A DNA stretch of 64,000 nucleotides from Candidatus Yanofskybacteria bacterium RIFCSPHIGHO2_01_FULL_43_32 (GCA_001794125.1 MGJF01000002.1:172514-236513); one strand, 5' to 3'; positions 1 through 7,926 are shown, counted from the first letter of the stretch. Notes: generated by a model not told the origin, from the sequence alone. Made by a program: numbers and translations.

Positions 1-1
1 A

Positions 2-271
2 CAAATAGATATAGAAGCGTGGATGCCAGGACAGAATCGCTATCGTGAAACTCACACCGCAGACCTCATGACCGATTATCAGGCAAGGCGTCTCGGGATT
101 AAAGTAAAACGAGCCGGTGGAACAGAGTTTGTCCACATGAACGATGCTACGGCTTTGGCTCTTAGTCGAACCCCGATTGCCATCATGGAGAATTATCAAA
201 CTAAGAAAGGTACTATTGAGATTCCTAAAGTTCTTCGCAAATACATGGGCGGGATTAAAGAGATTAAATAA
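2..271 (+). CDS. serS: seryl-tRNA synthetase, C-terminal fragment (5' end lies outside the window)
   Basis: Translation ends ...TPIAIMENYQTKKGTIEIPKVLRKYMGGIKEIK, the class II SerRS C-terminal signature (ENYQ...G.IEIP.VL..YMGG). The frame is open to the window edge. Confidence 0.75.
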   Translation, partial: QIDIEAWMPGQNRYRETHTADLMTDYQARRLGIKVKRAGGTEFVHMNDATALALSRTPIAIMENYQTKKGTIEIPKVLRKYMGGIKEIK

Positions 272-507
272 TCGCTCCGCCCGACACCTTATTTCAGCCC
301 GTTCCGATTGCTCCAGCGATTGGCTCCACTTGTCCTCACGACGGCGGGTCCAGCCTGCCATATCATGATGTTTATTGAATAGCATTACTCATCTGACGGA
401 AAGCCTAAAGCTTGAATAGCTTCTCTCGCGAACTATGGCATGGACACCAAGCCCGCCTGTTCGGACGGGCTTCAATAAGATGCCGGGCTGCGCTTACTAT
501 TTTAGGC

Positions 508-649
508 AAACAAAAAGGGCCACATTGGCCTCTAAAAACGATGAACCCCGTGTTGCAACACGGGGGGGCTTTTGACGCAGGCATCTGTCCGTGAGGGGAC
601 CAGATGTGCAGTTCCTGCCGCCGGGCCTGCCCATGAACCCGGTCTCACG
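508..649 (-). ncRNA. candidate small RNA (~140 nt) bounded by a promoter and a terminator on the minus strand; identity unknown
   Basis: The minus strand carries TTGACA, an 18-nt spacer and TATACT (plus coords ~657-686). A GC hairpin ggccaatgtggcc followed by cuuuuuguuu lies at plus ~508-531. The segment between them is GC-rich with nested helices (GCAGGC/GCCUGC, CAUCUG/CAGAUG, CGUGAG/CUCACG). The ORFs here look like junk. Confidence 0.3.
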
Positions 650-956
650 ATATAACCAGTATATCATACTCGAATTAATATGTCAAGAGGGCGCAGTCCT
701 GTTGCTTTTATGTCACTTTGATGAGACGACAGATGTAGTTTAAGCGAGCCAGCCATATACCCCCAGGGAGAACTTGCGCAGGCATTTCGGCTTGGTTCTG
801 CGAAATGCCGAGCATGTAGATAGCGCCGAGCCGCTGGAGCGAGGCGACTATCGGTCGAGTCGGGGGTATGTGGCTGGGGGCGAATTAGAAAAATGATGGG
901 ACAGAGCGAAGTCACAGATATATAGTTGAAGTCTAAATTTTTGATATAATAATGCT

Positions 957-1778
957 ATGCGACCCGTAAATATGAAAAAGTTAAATTACAAAGATGAGGT
1001 GGCGCAGCGGCATCGCCGGGCTCTTATTTTAAAGATTGCGGTAATGGCGCTTGGGACGATTGCTGTCGTGGCCGGGCTAATTTATCTTTTATTTTTCTCG
1101 CGGCTCTTTGACATACGGGAAGTAAGTTTTAACGGTTTGGATACGATGAGTTCCGATGAGTTCCGAAGGAAAATAGACAATACGCTTAACCAAAAGATAC
1201 TTAAATACCTGCCCCGGAAAAACAATATTTTTTTCGTGAATATTCGTAATTTTGAAAAAGAATTCGCTTCGGCTCACCCCGTCTTTAAATCGGTGAATAT
1301 TCAAAGAAAACCGCTTCACGGTCTGGTGTTAAATTTCTTGGAGAGAAAGCCGGCCGGGGTGTGGTGTTTCACTTCGACAAGCTCAGTACAAGTAAGCCAC
1401 TGTTCTTATTTTGATAGCGATAAGGTTCTCTGGGGCCAGCCAGCCAGGTCATCGGGCTTTATATTTCTGACCATTGAAGATCAAAGAAGAGGAACTGAAA
1501 GGAAGATAGATGATGAATTTTTCAAGCCAATAATGGAAGTGGCAAAAAGCATGGTCGGAGAAATAAAGAGCATAGTAATACAAACGGACTCGTTTAATGA
1601 ATTCCGGGTTTATACGACTGATTACTATATTATTTTTTCCGCCGATTCTGATATCCAGAATCAGCTGGATATCCTGAAAATATTTATGAACGAGAGAAAC
1701 AAAGACACTCAGCCAACTGGCGGATTCCATCCGCAATACATTGACCTGCGAATCGACGGCAGAGTTTATTATAAATAA
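957..1778 (+). CDS. ftsQ: cell division protein FtsQ/DivIB-like (N-terminal TM, POTRA-like region)
   Basis: One N-terminal TM helix, then a motif like FDIREVSFNGLDTMSSDEFRRKI typical of the FtsQ POTRA start. The gene sits next to murB. A candidate -10 box TATAAT is at 943-948. Confidence 0.5.
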   Translation: MRPVNMKKLNYKDEVAQRHRRALILKIAVMALGTIAVVAGLIYLLFFSRLFDIREVSFNGLDTMSSDEFRRKIDNTLNQKILKYLPRKNNIFFVNIRNFEKEFASAHPVFKSVNIQRKPLHGLVLNFLERKPAGVWCFTSTSSVQVSHCSYFDSDKVLWGQPARSSGFIFLTIEDQRRGTERKIDDEFFKPIMEVAKSMVGEIKSIVIQTDSFNEFRVYTTDYYIIFSADSDIQNQLDILKIFMNERNKDTQPTGGFHPQYIDLRIDGRVYYK

Positions 1779-2099
1779 CCCGCTCAACCCTTCCCATTTT
1801 CGACCTGCTTTCTAAAGCTAAGCTCACGCCTCATCCCGCCTTTTCATCTTATTCCTAAGTTTGAATAAATGGCCGATAATCAACAGGGGAGTATCGCTAT
1901 TAATGATTAAGGCGAAGGATAACCGGCTTAGAGGAACGACCCGCAGGCGCTTGGGCTTGGTTCCTCCAAGCGCCGAGGGAGAAGAAATTTTTATCGCTGG
2001 AATAAAAATATTCTGGTTCCGAGAAGCCGGTTAGCTCTCGCCTTTGGTTAACAAAAAATCAAGTATTTTGCGAAACACTGAATATGATATATTTAAAAT

Positions 2100-3089
2100 A
2101 TGGAAATCAGAAAAAACATAATCCTTGCGCCGTATACGACCCTTGGGATTGGCGGGCCGGCGAGGTATTTTTGCGAAGTTGGGAGCGTTGATGACCTAAA
2201 GAGCGCGCTGAAATTTTCAAAAGAAAATAGTTTGCGTTTTTTTATTCTGGGCGGAGGAAGCAACATCCTGATTTCCGATAAGGGATTTGACGGGCTGGTT
2301 ATCAAGATGGAAATTAAGGGTCGGGAATTTAAAGACGAACTTTTAATCGTTGGAGCCGGTGAAAATTGGGACGAAGTTGTTGTCGCGGCCGTGGAGCGAG
2401 GTCTTGGTGGCATAGAAAATCTGTCATTGATTCCTGGCACGGCCGGAGCGGCGGTTTGCCAGAATATCGGCGCTTATGGTGTTGAGCTGAAAGATGTTCT
2501 TGAAAGTTGCGAGGTTATGGATGCCAACTTCGGCAAGACCAAAATCCTGACCAACGCCAATTGTTGTTTTGGTTACAGAGACAGTGTGTTTAAAAGCGAC
2601 AGCAGTTTAATGGTTTTGAAAGTGATTCTTAAATTATCAAAAAATTATAAGTCGAATATCGAATATCCGGATCTGGCCAATTTGTTTGACGGGAAGACGC
2701 CGGCAATATCGGAGGTCAGGGAAGCTGTTATAAAGATAAGGAGAAGCAAACTTCCTTACCCGGACGAAATCGGAAATGCCGGTTCGTTTTTCAAAAATCC
2801 GGTTGTAGCGGCAGAACATTTTGAAAAGATAATCCTGAACCACCCCGGCTTAAAAGGGTTCAGATTGCCAGACGGGTCAGTAAAATTATCTGCCGCCCAG
2901 TTGACAGAAAAATGCGGCTGGAAAGGAAAAATATGGGGCAATGTCGGAGTCTCAAATAAACACTCTTTAGTTCTGGTCAATTATGGCAAGGGAACAGCGG
3001 GAGAGGTGGCTAATCTCGCCGAGGATATAAAAAGGTCGGTAAAAGATGGGTTTGGGGTGAAATTGGAGCCGGAAGTTGAGGTGATTTAA
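2100..3089 (+). CDS. murB: UDP-N-acetylenolpyruvoylglucosamine reductase
   Basis: LAPYTTLGIGGPARYF ... FILGGGSNIL ... GAYGVEL and a C-terminal MurB domain (SAAQLTEKCGWKG). Confidence 0.9.
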   Translation: MEIRKNIILAPYTTLGIGGPARYFCEVGSVDDLKSALKFSKENSLRFFILGGGSNILISDKGFDGLVIKMEIKGREFKDELLIVGAGENWDEVVVAAVERGLGGIENLSLIPGTAGAAVCQNIGAYGVELKDVLESCEVMDANFGKTKILTNANCCFGYRDSVFKSDSSLMVLKVILKLSKNYKSNIEYPDLANLFDGKTPAISEVREAVIKIRRSKLPYPDEIGNAGSFFKNPVVAAEHFEKIILNHPGLKGFRLPDGSVKLSAAQLTEKCGWKGKIWGNVGVSNKHSLVLVNYGKGTAGEVANLAEDIKRSVKDGFGVKLEPEVEVI

Positions 3090-3096
3090 GGTGGGC

Positions 3097-3125
3097 TTGA
3101 CTTTATGGTCTGACTTTGCTATACT
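3097..3125 (+). promoter_or_regulatory. sigma70-type promoter (TTGACT, 17-nt spacer, TATACT)
   Basis: -35 TTGACT at 3097-3102, a 17-nt spacer, and -10 TATACT at 3120-3125. It sits just after the murB stop and is read directly from the sequence. Confidence 0.45.
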
Positions 3126-3131
3126 GTATAG

Positions 3132-3815
3132 ACAATCAGTTCTTTACATAGGGCCTCATAAAAAGGGCCCGAAAAAAACCAGTAAATACCTCATTATCCA
3201 GGCATTCAAGTAAGATATATTTGGCCTTTAAGGACATAGACATTTGTAGAAGTATTTCATGATTAGTTCTCAAGTTGTATGATTTGCTGGTTTTTTTCGG
3301 GCCCATCTATGCCCAACAAGATGGCCCGGCGCAGTCCTTATACCCAAGACGGGACATGCGGAAGGAGTTAACATGCTCCTCTGTGTGTGACTGCGCCGCG
3401 GCCTCAGTATCGGCAGGACAAAGTTGCCTGCCGACCCTCGGCGGAAAGTGGTGTTGACGAAGAGGGCAACAACAAAACCACACCGCCGCCAGGCGCCGAC
3501 TGGGGGAAAATACCCGGCCGGTCTTAGACGGCCGCTCCGCGCCGCGAAAATTCGCGCGAAGCGGCCGTCATCCACGTCAGCATTCCGGGAATGGTGGATA
3601 ACCCGGGTCTCGCCGACCAATAAGTGCGGGATTTTCAACCACTCGGGAGAGGCGTATCGTCTCTCCCGTCCAAACCTTTCTCGCCCAGGCATAACGCAAA
3701 GAAGGGAGGGTGAGCGGTTGGAAACTTAGCGGGGAAGCCCGCGGTAAAAATACTTCGCTTTGGCAAGGTGTGCGATACACCTTCCACGGGCCCTAACGGG
3801 CCTGTTTTCTTTTGT
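3132..3815 (+). ncRNA. candidate large structured non-coding RNA (~680 nt), identity unknown
   Basis: Bounded by the 3097-3125 promoter and the 3789-3815 terminator. The segment 3270-3800 is ~60% GC in a ~40% GC genome, and every ORF on both strands translates to Arg/Pro-rich junk. An 18-bp long-range inverted repeat pairs 3165-3182 with 3287-3304. Strong GC helices are present, e.g. gacggccgctccgcg...cgcgaagcggccgtc with a cgcgaaaattcgcg apex, and cggcgg...ccgccg. Confidence 0.3.
3789..3815 (+). terminator. intrinsic terminator (ggccc-taac-gggcc then a U-run)
   Basis: A 5-bp GC stem with a taac loop followed by tgttttcttttgttt. It is oriented for a plus-strand transcript even though the next gene is on the minus strand. 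Confidence 0.5.
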
Positions 3816-3822
3816 TTAAAAA

Positions 3823-5595
3823 TTACTGTGTAATATGCCAGACGAAGATGGAGTTGCCGATGTCGGCGACGGGTTTGCAAGAATCAAGCCAGGCGTAACT
3901 GGTTTCCGGTTTTTCTCTTGAGCCCATGAAAAACGATTTAGAAACGGCAATATATCCGCCGCCGGGATTATCCGCGAGAAATTCTCGCGCGTTTTTGTAC
4001 CTGCCGGCGTTTATCCAGACATATTTACTTCCAAGGTAGAAACCGGCGTCAGCCCAGCCGAAATAATCCAAACTGATCTTGGTGATTTTATTCTTATCTA
4101 CCCAATCGGCAAGACGCTTTGCATCTTGTCCCCAATCCACATTTGAATCTACTGCGTATAAGTATCCGCCTTTGGGTCCGCCTGCGGCCTGATTGAAATA
4201 AGTGAGATAATGGGGAAAAACATTTAAGTTTTCAAACAAATACCAACCGAGCAAAACGGCAATTAACCAGCAGGTCGCAACATATTGTTTGCGGCTTATA
4301 TTTTTTAACCCGTTTTCAATGCTTGTAAGTTGTCCGGCAAGAAGAATGTAAACAAAACCGTATATCGGCATCAAATGCCTTACGCCGATGTTTAAGTTGG
4401 CTTTTATGCTGGCATACCAATAGATGGCAAGCCAAACAAGCATTGAAAATTCGGTAAAATGGTTTTTTAGCCAGTGTGTCAATTTGTATCTGTTCGGTTT
4501 AAAAATAACCGCTAAATTCAACAAAACCATTACAGCCAGTCCCCAGAACGCCAATGGTTCTTTTATGAAATAAACGACAGGGAAGTATTTCTTCCAGGCG
4601 GTTTGTTTGATTTCTCCTAAAAAATAAGTCGTGTTTCCGCCGACACTTCTTTGGGTTACCATCAACAAACCCAGGCTGTATTGGCTTAGAGCGCGTATAT
4701 AAGGTTTGTCCGAAGCCCACACTACTTTATCGGCAATAGACCTGTTTCCGTAACTGTTAAGATAATAAGTTGTGTCGGTTTTTTGTCTTGCCACCGGGTA
4801 ATTTATCACATGAAGGCCGTATACCGGCCAGACAACCGCCAGATAGCCCAGAACAATAATTGCGACAGTAAAAAATAAAGTTTTGGCAACAGAATATATT
4901 TTATTATGCATGGCTCGTCCTGAATTTATTGAATGGATTAGTCCCCAAGAAATTGCGAGAATAATAAACAGAGGATTTAAAAGGAACAATGAAAATTTGG
5001 TCAGTTGCGCAATTCCAAAAGCAATCATGGCTATGGTAAAATTGGTTTTAGTTTGGTTTTGGAGAAACCGTATAAAAAAATAAGTCCCTAATAATATTCC
5101 GAATAATGCCGGGACGTCAGTGGTCACAAAACGGCTGTGGGCCATAACGGTGGGGGAAAAAGAAAACATAAAAACGGCAATCAGCGCCGCCTTGTCGCCG
5201 TATAGTTTCCGAGTCCAATAAAAAATAATTATCGCCGAAAGAATAAAGAACAAAACCATCGGAAGTTTGGCGATTCTTGTCATCAGGATAGCGTCATTTC
5301 CGGAATTAAAAATAAGGTTTCTTCCGAAATTCCATTGGCCGTTGATGTCGCCGGTCCAGAACTGTGTTTTAAATGCTGACTGGTTTAAAGATAAAAAGCT
5401 CAAGGCAAACCCGGCCAGATCCTTGACTAAGGGAGGATGCTCCGGGTTTAATCGAAAATCACCTTTCTGAACATAAGAATATCCCGCTCCGATGTGGGGA
5501 ATTTCGTCTACTATGGGCGAGTCGTTCCAGACGCTAATAACCGCCAGGATGGCGGCTGAAACAATTATAGTTATCGCTATAAATTTTATTCTCAT
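3823..5595 (-). CDS. integral membrane glycosyltransferase, family 39/83 (ArnT/PMT-like)
   Basis: Many TM helices. It has the N-terminal conserved motif DEIPHIGAGYSYVQ...NPEHPPLVKDLAGFALSF, matching the DE...HPPL signature of GT-C mannosyl/arabinosyl transferases. Confidence 0.7.
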   Translation of the reverse strand: MRIKFIAITIIVSAAILAVISVWNDSPIVDEIPHIGAGYSYVQKGDFRLNPEHPPLVKDLAGFALSFLSLNQSAFKTQFWTGDINGQWNFGRNLIFNSGNDAILMTRIAKLPMVLFFILSAIIIFYWTRKLYGDKAALIAVFMFSFSPTVMAHSRFVTTDVPALFGILLGTYFFIRFLQNQTKTNFTIAMIAFGIAQLTKFSLFLLNPLFIILAISWGLIHSINSGRAMHNKIYSVAKTLFFTVAIIVLGYLAVVWPVYGLHVINYPVARQKTDTTYYLNSYGNRSIADKVVWASDKPYIRALSQYSLGLLMVTQRSVGGNTTYFLGEIKQTAWKKYFPVVYFIKEPLAFWGLAVMVLLNLAVIFKPNRYKLTHWLKNHFTEFSMLVWLAIYWYASIKANLNIGVRHLMPIYGFVYILLAGQLTSIENGLKNISRKQYVATCWLIAVLLGWYLFENLNVFPHYLTYFNQAAGGPKGGYLYAVDSNVDWGQDAKRLADWVDKNKITKISLDYFGWADAGFYLGSKYVWINAGRYKNAREFLADNPGGGYIAVSKSFFMGSREKPETSYAWLDSCKPVADIGNSIFVWHITQ

Positions 5596-6677
5596 TTAAA
5601 GTACCTCCAGTATTCCATAAATCCGACAGAAAACAGGAAAATAATCATAACCAATGCGGTTATGGCATGAGCCTCGTGTTTAGAATGGGTGTCACGCATT
5701 CCGTACCATGAGCTTAATTTGTTGAAGAACCACCAGATCCCCCGAGCGGTGAAAATCATTACTACCGGCAGAGCTCCGATAGTCAACAAGGCATCAGGCG
5801 CCGTGGCGGACAAAAATCCGGGGATAAGCGTCACAAAAAACCACGCAAATAAAAGAGTGTGGGCGGTTGAAAAATGGCCATGTTTGCGTTTTAGCCAATG
5901 GATAAATTCGTTAATAAAACCAACTGCAAAAAATACCCCTATCGGCCAGGGAAGCATGGGGCTCGGAGTGGTTTCCTGGCTGTGCTTTAGCCAGCCGAGG
6001 AACTCTGTAGAGCCGGTGGTATTGTGGGCCGGATTCCAGTCGCCGGTGAAGTTGAACATTCCTAAAGTTTTAACAACGTTATTTATTGTCAGCGAGTTCG
6101 GAATCCTTGCCAATAATTCTTCTTGATGCTGCCAGAAGTATATTCCGAGAGGCAGGGCAACAATAAAAATCGTGAAAGCAAAAACAACGAACCCTTGAAG
6201 AAGTTTTGTCTTGGCGTATTCGTATTTATCATGGCTAAAGTCTTTTTTCAGATACCACCAGTAGTTTAGGAATAAAAATATGGTGATGATCGGGGCGACA
6301 CAAAGGCTGTTTGTATAAAACCCAAGCCCTCCGAAAATGCCGGCTACAAAAAAGTAAGGCAAGCTGGCTTTTTTGAGCCCCTTCCCAAGAAGATAGAAAG
6401 AGTAAACAAGCGTAAACGGAATTATTATTGCCGCAGATTCCATTCTTGAAAAATTAACGTGCCAGAAAGATGTTGCCGTCAAAAAGCTTGCGATGGCCGC
6501 TAAACGCCACTCAAACAGTTCTTTGACTAAAAAATAAAGCCCGATAACAGTGAGGATTCCCACGGTTGCCGAGGATATTCTTAAGGTGTCCAATTGATAC
6601 AGACGAAAAAAGGCCGCAACGCCGACGATAATTAAAAAAATGGCCAACTCTTGTTTTTTTGTCTTTAGCATACCCAT
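5592..6677 (-). CDS. polytopic membrane protein, possible GT-C glycosyltransferase paralog or N-terminal module
   Basis: A 361-aa protein with ~10 TM helices. Its stop overlaps the start of the downstream GT39 gene (ATGA overlap at 5592-5595), which suggests translational coupling. No DE motif is seen. Confidence 0.45.
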   Translation of the reverse strand: MGMLKTKKQELAIFLIIVGVAAFFRLYQLDTLRISSATVGILTVIGLYFLVKELFEWRLAAIASFLTATSFWHVNFSRMESAAIIIPFTLVYSFYLLGKGLKKASLPYFFVAGIFGGLGFYTNSLCVAPIITIFLFLNYWWYLKKDFSHDKYEYAKTKLLQGFVVFAFTIFIVALPLGIYFWQHQEELLARIPNSLTINNVVKTLGMFNFTGDWNPAHNTTGSTEFLGWLKHSQETTPSPMLPWPIGVFFAVGFINEFIHWLKRKHGHFSTAHTLLFAWFFVTLIPGFLSATAPDALLTIGALPVVMIFTARGIWWFFNKLSSWYGMRDTHSKHEAHAITALVMIIFLFSVGFMEYWRYFK

Positions 6678-6742
6678 TTATTCTATCAGAAATTTATTAA
6701 AGTTTTATCAACAAACCGTAAATTGGTGGCATTTTATACCAT

Positions 6743-6772
6743 TGACAAAGTGCCATTAAATATGCTATACTT
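6743..6772 (+). promoter_or_regulatory. sigma70-type promoter (TTGACA, 18-nt spacer, TATACT)
   Basis: TTGACA at 6743-6748 and TATACT at 6767-6772, about 60 nt upstream of the 6833 ORF. Confidence 0.45.
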
Positions 6773-6832
6773 ATACCATCAGTTCACTTACAACCAATTC
6801 AATTCCGCATTTCGCGGGCAAGGAGAAAAGAA

Positions 6833-7261
6833 ATGTCCGACAGAAAGTTAATTATAATCATGACCTGTATCCTTGTTGTACCGTCAGTGGCCTTAGTAGC
6901 GATTATGGTTCTTATAGGCTTGGGTCGTGGCGACGGCATCGAACCCGGCAAGACATACGCCCTCGCTTACTCTTACAAGGCCACGATCAAGGGCGGGACG
7001 CCGGCTCGCGTGTTTGACTTCTCGGACAGGAGCCTTCCACGGACTTCCGTCGTGGTTCCGCTTCGTGATGACCGTGGCATGCCGCTGGTTGAAGAAATCT
7101 CGAGCATGCCTCAGAGCACGGTTCGGAAGGTCGTCGCCAGTGTTCCAACTCGGACAGTAGAAGGTGTGACCTATCCCGGCTACACTTACGTGGTGTGGCA
7201 ATACCACCTTAGCGTGGTTGGGTCGCAGAGCGTGGTCCCCGAAGTCATTCCCGGCAAGTGA
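6833..7261 (+). CDS. hypothetical small membrane-anchored protein carried on a GC-rich (probably foreign) segment
   Basis: N-terminal TM helix (IIIMTCILVVPSVALVAIMVLIGL). The ORF is ~60% GC, unlike the flanks. It has its own promoter and a multi-hairpin terminator. Overlapping ORFs on the other strand reflect the GC-rich composition. Confidence 0.4.
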   Translation: MSDRKLIIIMTCILVVPSVALVAIMVLIGLGRGDGIEPGKTYALAYSYKATIKGGTPARVFDFSDRSLPRTSVVVPLRDDRGMPLVEEISSMPQSTVRKVVASVPTRTVEGVTYPGYTYVVWQYHLSVVGSQSVVPEVIPGK

Positions 7262-7269
7262 GCGCAATC

Positions 7270-7326
7270 GCCCCGGAGGGCGTAACCAGAAATCGTGGTT
7301 ACGCTTCCTCCGGAGGCGGTTTTTTG
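7270..7326 (+). terminator. cluster of three GC hairpins ending in a T-run
   Basis: cgccccggagggcg, gtaaccagaaatcgtggttac and cctccggagg are followed by cggttttttg. Confidence 0.45.
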
Positions 7327-7363
7327 ATACTTTGAACTTTTATTGCCAATCATCATTTATCAT

Positions 7364-7452
7364 TTAAGCAACCGGCGGAGGGTGTATGTCTTTTTAAAAT
7401 TAGCAAATTTTTAAAAGGCATACCCCGCAGTATGCATGGAGGTTATGTGAGC
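7364..7452 (+). repeat. copy A of a ~90-nt structured intergenic repeat family (copies at 7364, 28755 and 29622)
   Basis: Shares ttaaRcaaccggcggaggg ... aaaattagYaaRatttt ... gcatRgagSttRtgtgaRc with the other copies. The central stem differs between copies but stays complementary: gtatgtcttttt/aaaaggcatac here versus gtgccccttt/aaaggggcac in copy B. Confidence 0.6.
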
Positions 7453-7516
7453 TGTTAAAAATGATGAGGCAGAGCTTGTGGAATATTGGTTTTTATTTTT
7501 GTGCTACAATTAAACC

Positions 7517-7921
7517 ATGACAGAATCAGGAGCTACAATTGAACAGGAGATAGCCCAACTGGAAAAACAGCTTCAGGAGAAGAAGGCGGGTTTAGAGCAA
7601 CAACCGGAACAAAAAGAATCATTGCCTGACAAGGAAGTTTTAAGAGAAGTTGTCGGCGAGAAGATTCAGCAGAACTCTCCCGCTTATATTCCCAAATCAG
7701 TACCACAAACGCAGACCGACGACACGAACTCTATTCCATCAGAACTCAAAGATAAGATTCAAGAACTTATTAATCATGTTTTTCAAAATAGTTTAGAACA
7801 GGGAATCAAGGAAGCCGTTAAATCAAACAACCCCGCCCTGATTGACGCTTTTCATGATGTTTTGGTTGACCAATTATACGACACGCTTTTAGAAAGAAAA
7901 AAACTTGACCCTATTAGCTGA
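7517..7921 (+). CDS. hypothetical coiled-coil protein (Gln/Glu-rich)
   Basis: A 134-aa ORF whose ATG directly follows a TACAAT -10 box. Its stop lies 5 nt before the downstream ATPase gene, so they are probably in one operon. Confidence 0.45.
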   Translation: MTESGATIEQEIAQLEKQLQEKKAGLEQQPEQKESLPDKEVLREVVGEKIQQNSPAYIPKSVPQTQTDDTNSIPSELKDKIQELINHVFQNSLEQGIKEAVKSNNPALIDAFHDVLVDQLYDTLLERKKLDPIS

Positions 7922-7926
7922 AGAAA

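Noticed and set aside
508-700. A canonical bacterial RNase P RNA (rnpB) on the minus strand of the serS-ftsQ spacer
   Set aside because: P4/P5-like strings are present (GAGACCGGGUUCAUGGGCAGG and CAGCCCGGCAUCUUAUUG). But the candidate P4 strands are only ~160 nt apart. The promoter would place the 5' P4 strand ~15 nt from the transcription start, leaving no room for P1-P3. The S-domain signature AGGGUGAAA...GCGGUAAGAGCGCACC is absent. I downgrade it to an unidentified sRNA.
664-915. An 83-aa minus-strand ORF and other ORFs inside the 271-957 GC-rich spacer
   Set aside because: The amino-acid composition (Arg/Pro/Ser-rich, no hydrophobic core pattern) is typical of GC-rich non-coding DNA. ORFs occur in several frames on both strands, with no RBS. 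I treat the region as structured RNA or regulatory instead.
3132-3815. RNase P RNA, tmRNA, SRP RNA, 5S/23S fragment or group II intron domain V in the large ncRNA candidate
   Set aside because: I scanned by eye for GGAAAGUCCGGGC / ACAGAAxCCGGCUUA (P4), the tmRNA tag-stop and T-arm, the SRP GGAA-AGCAGCC apex, and the domain V AGC...GUU motif. I found no convincing match on either strand, so I leave it unassigned.
3270-3880. Six overlapping ORFs of 60-140 aa on both strands in the 3270-3880 GC-rich segment
   Set aside because: All translate to low-complexity, Arg/Pro/Gly-rich junk. They overlap one another in every frame. The segment is bracketed by a promoter and terminator with extensive helices, so I call it an ncRNA candidate.
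7364-7452. The ~90-nt repeats as integron attC sites, since each ORF has one downstream, as in integron cassettes
   Set aside because: No RYYYAAC/GTTRRRY core sites, and no intI or attI nearby. The conserved part is the flanks plus apical loop rather than the R/L boxes. I keep it only as a loose analogy.
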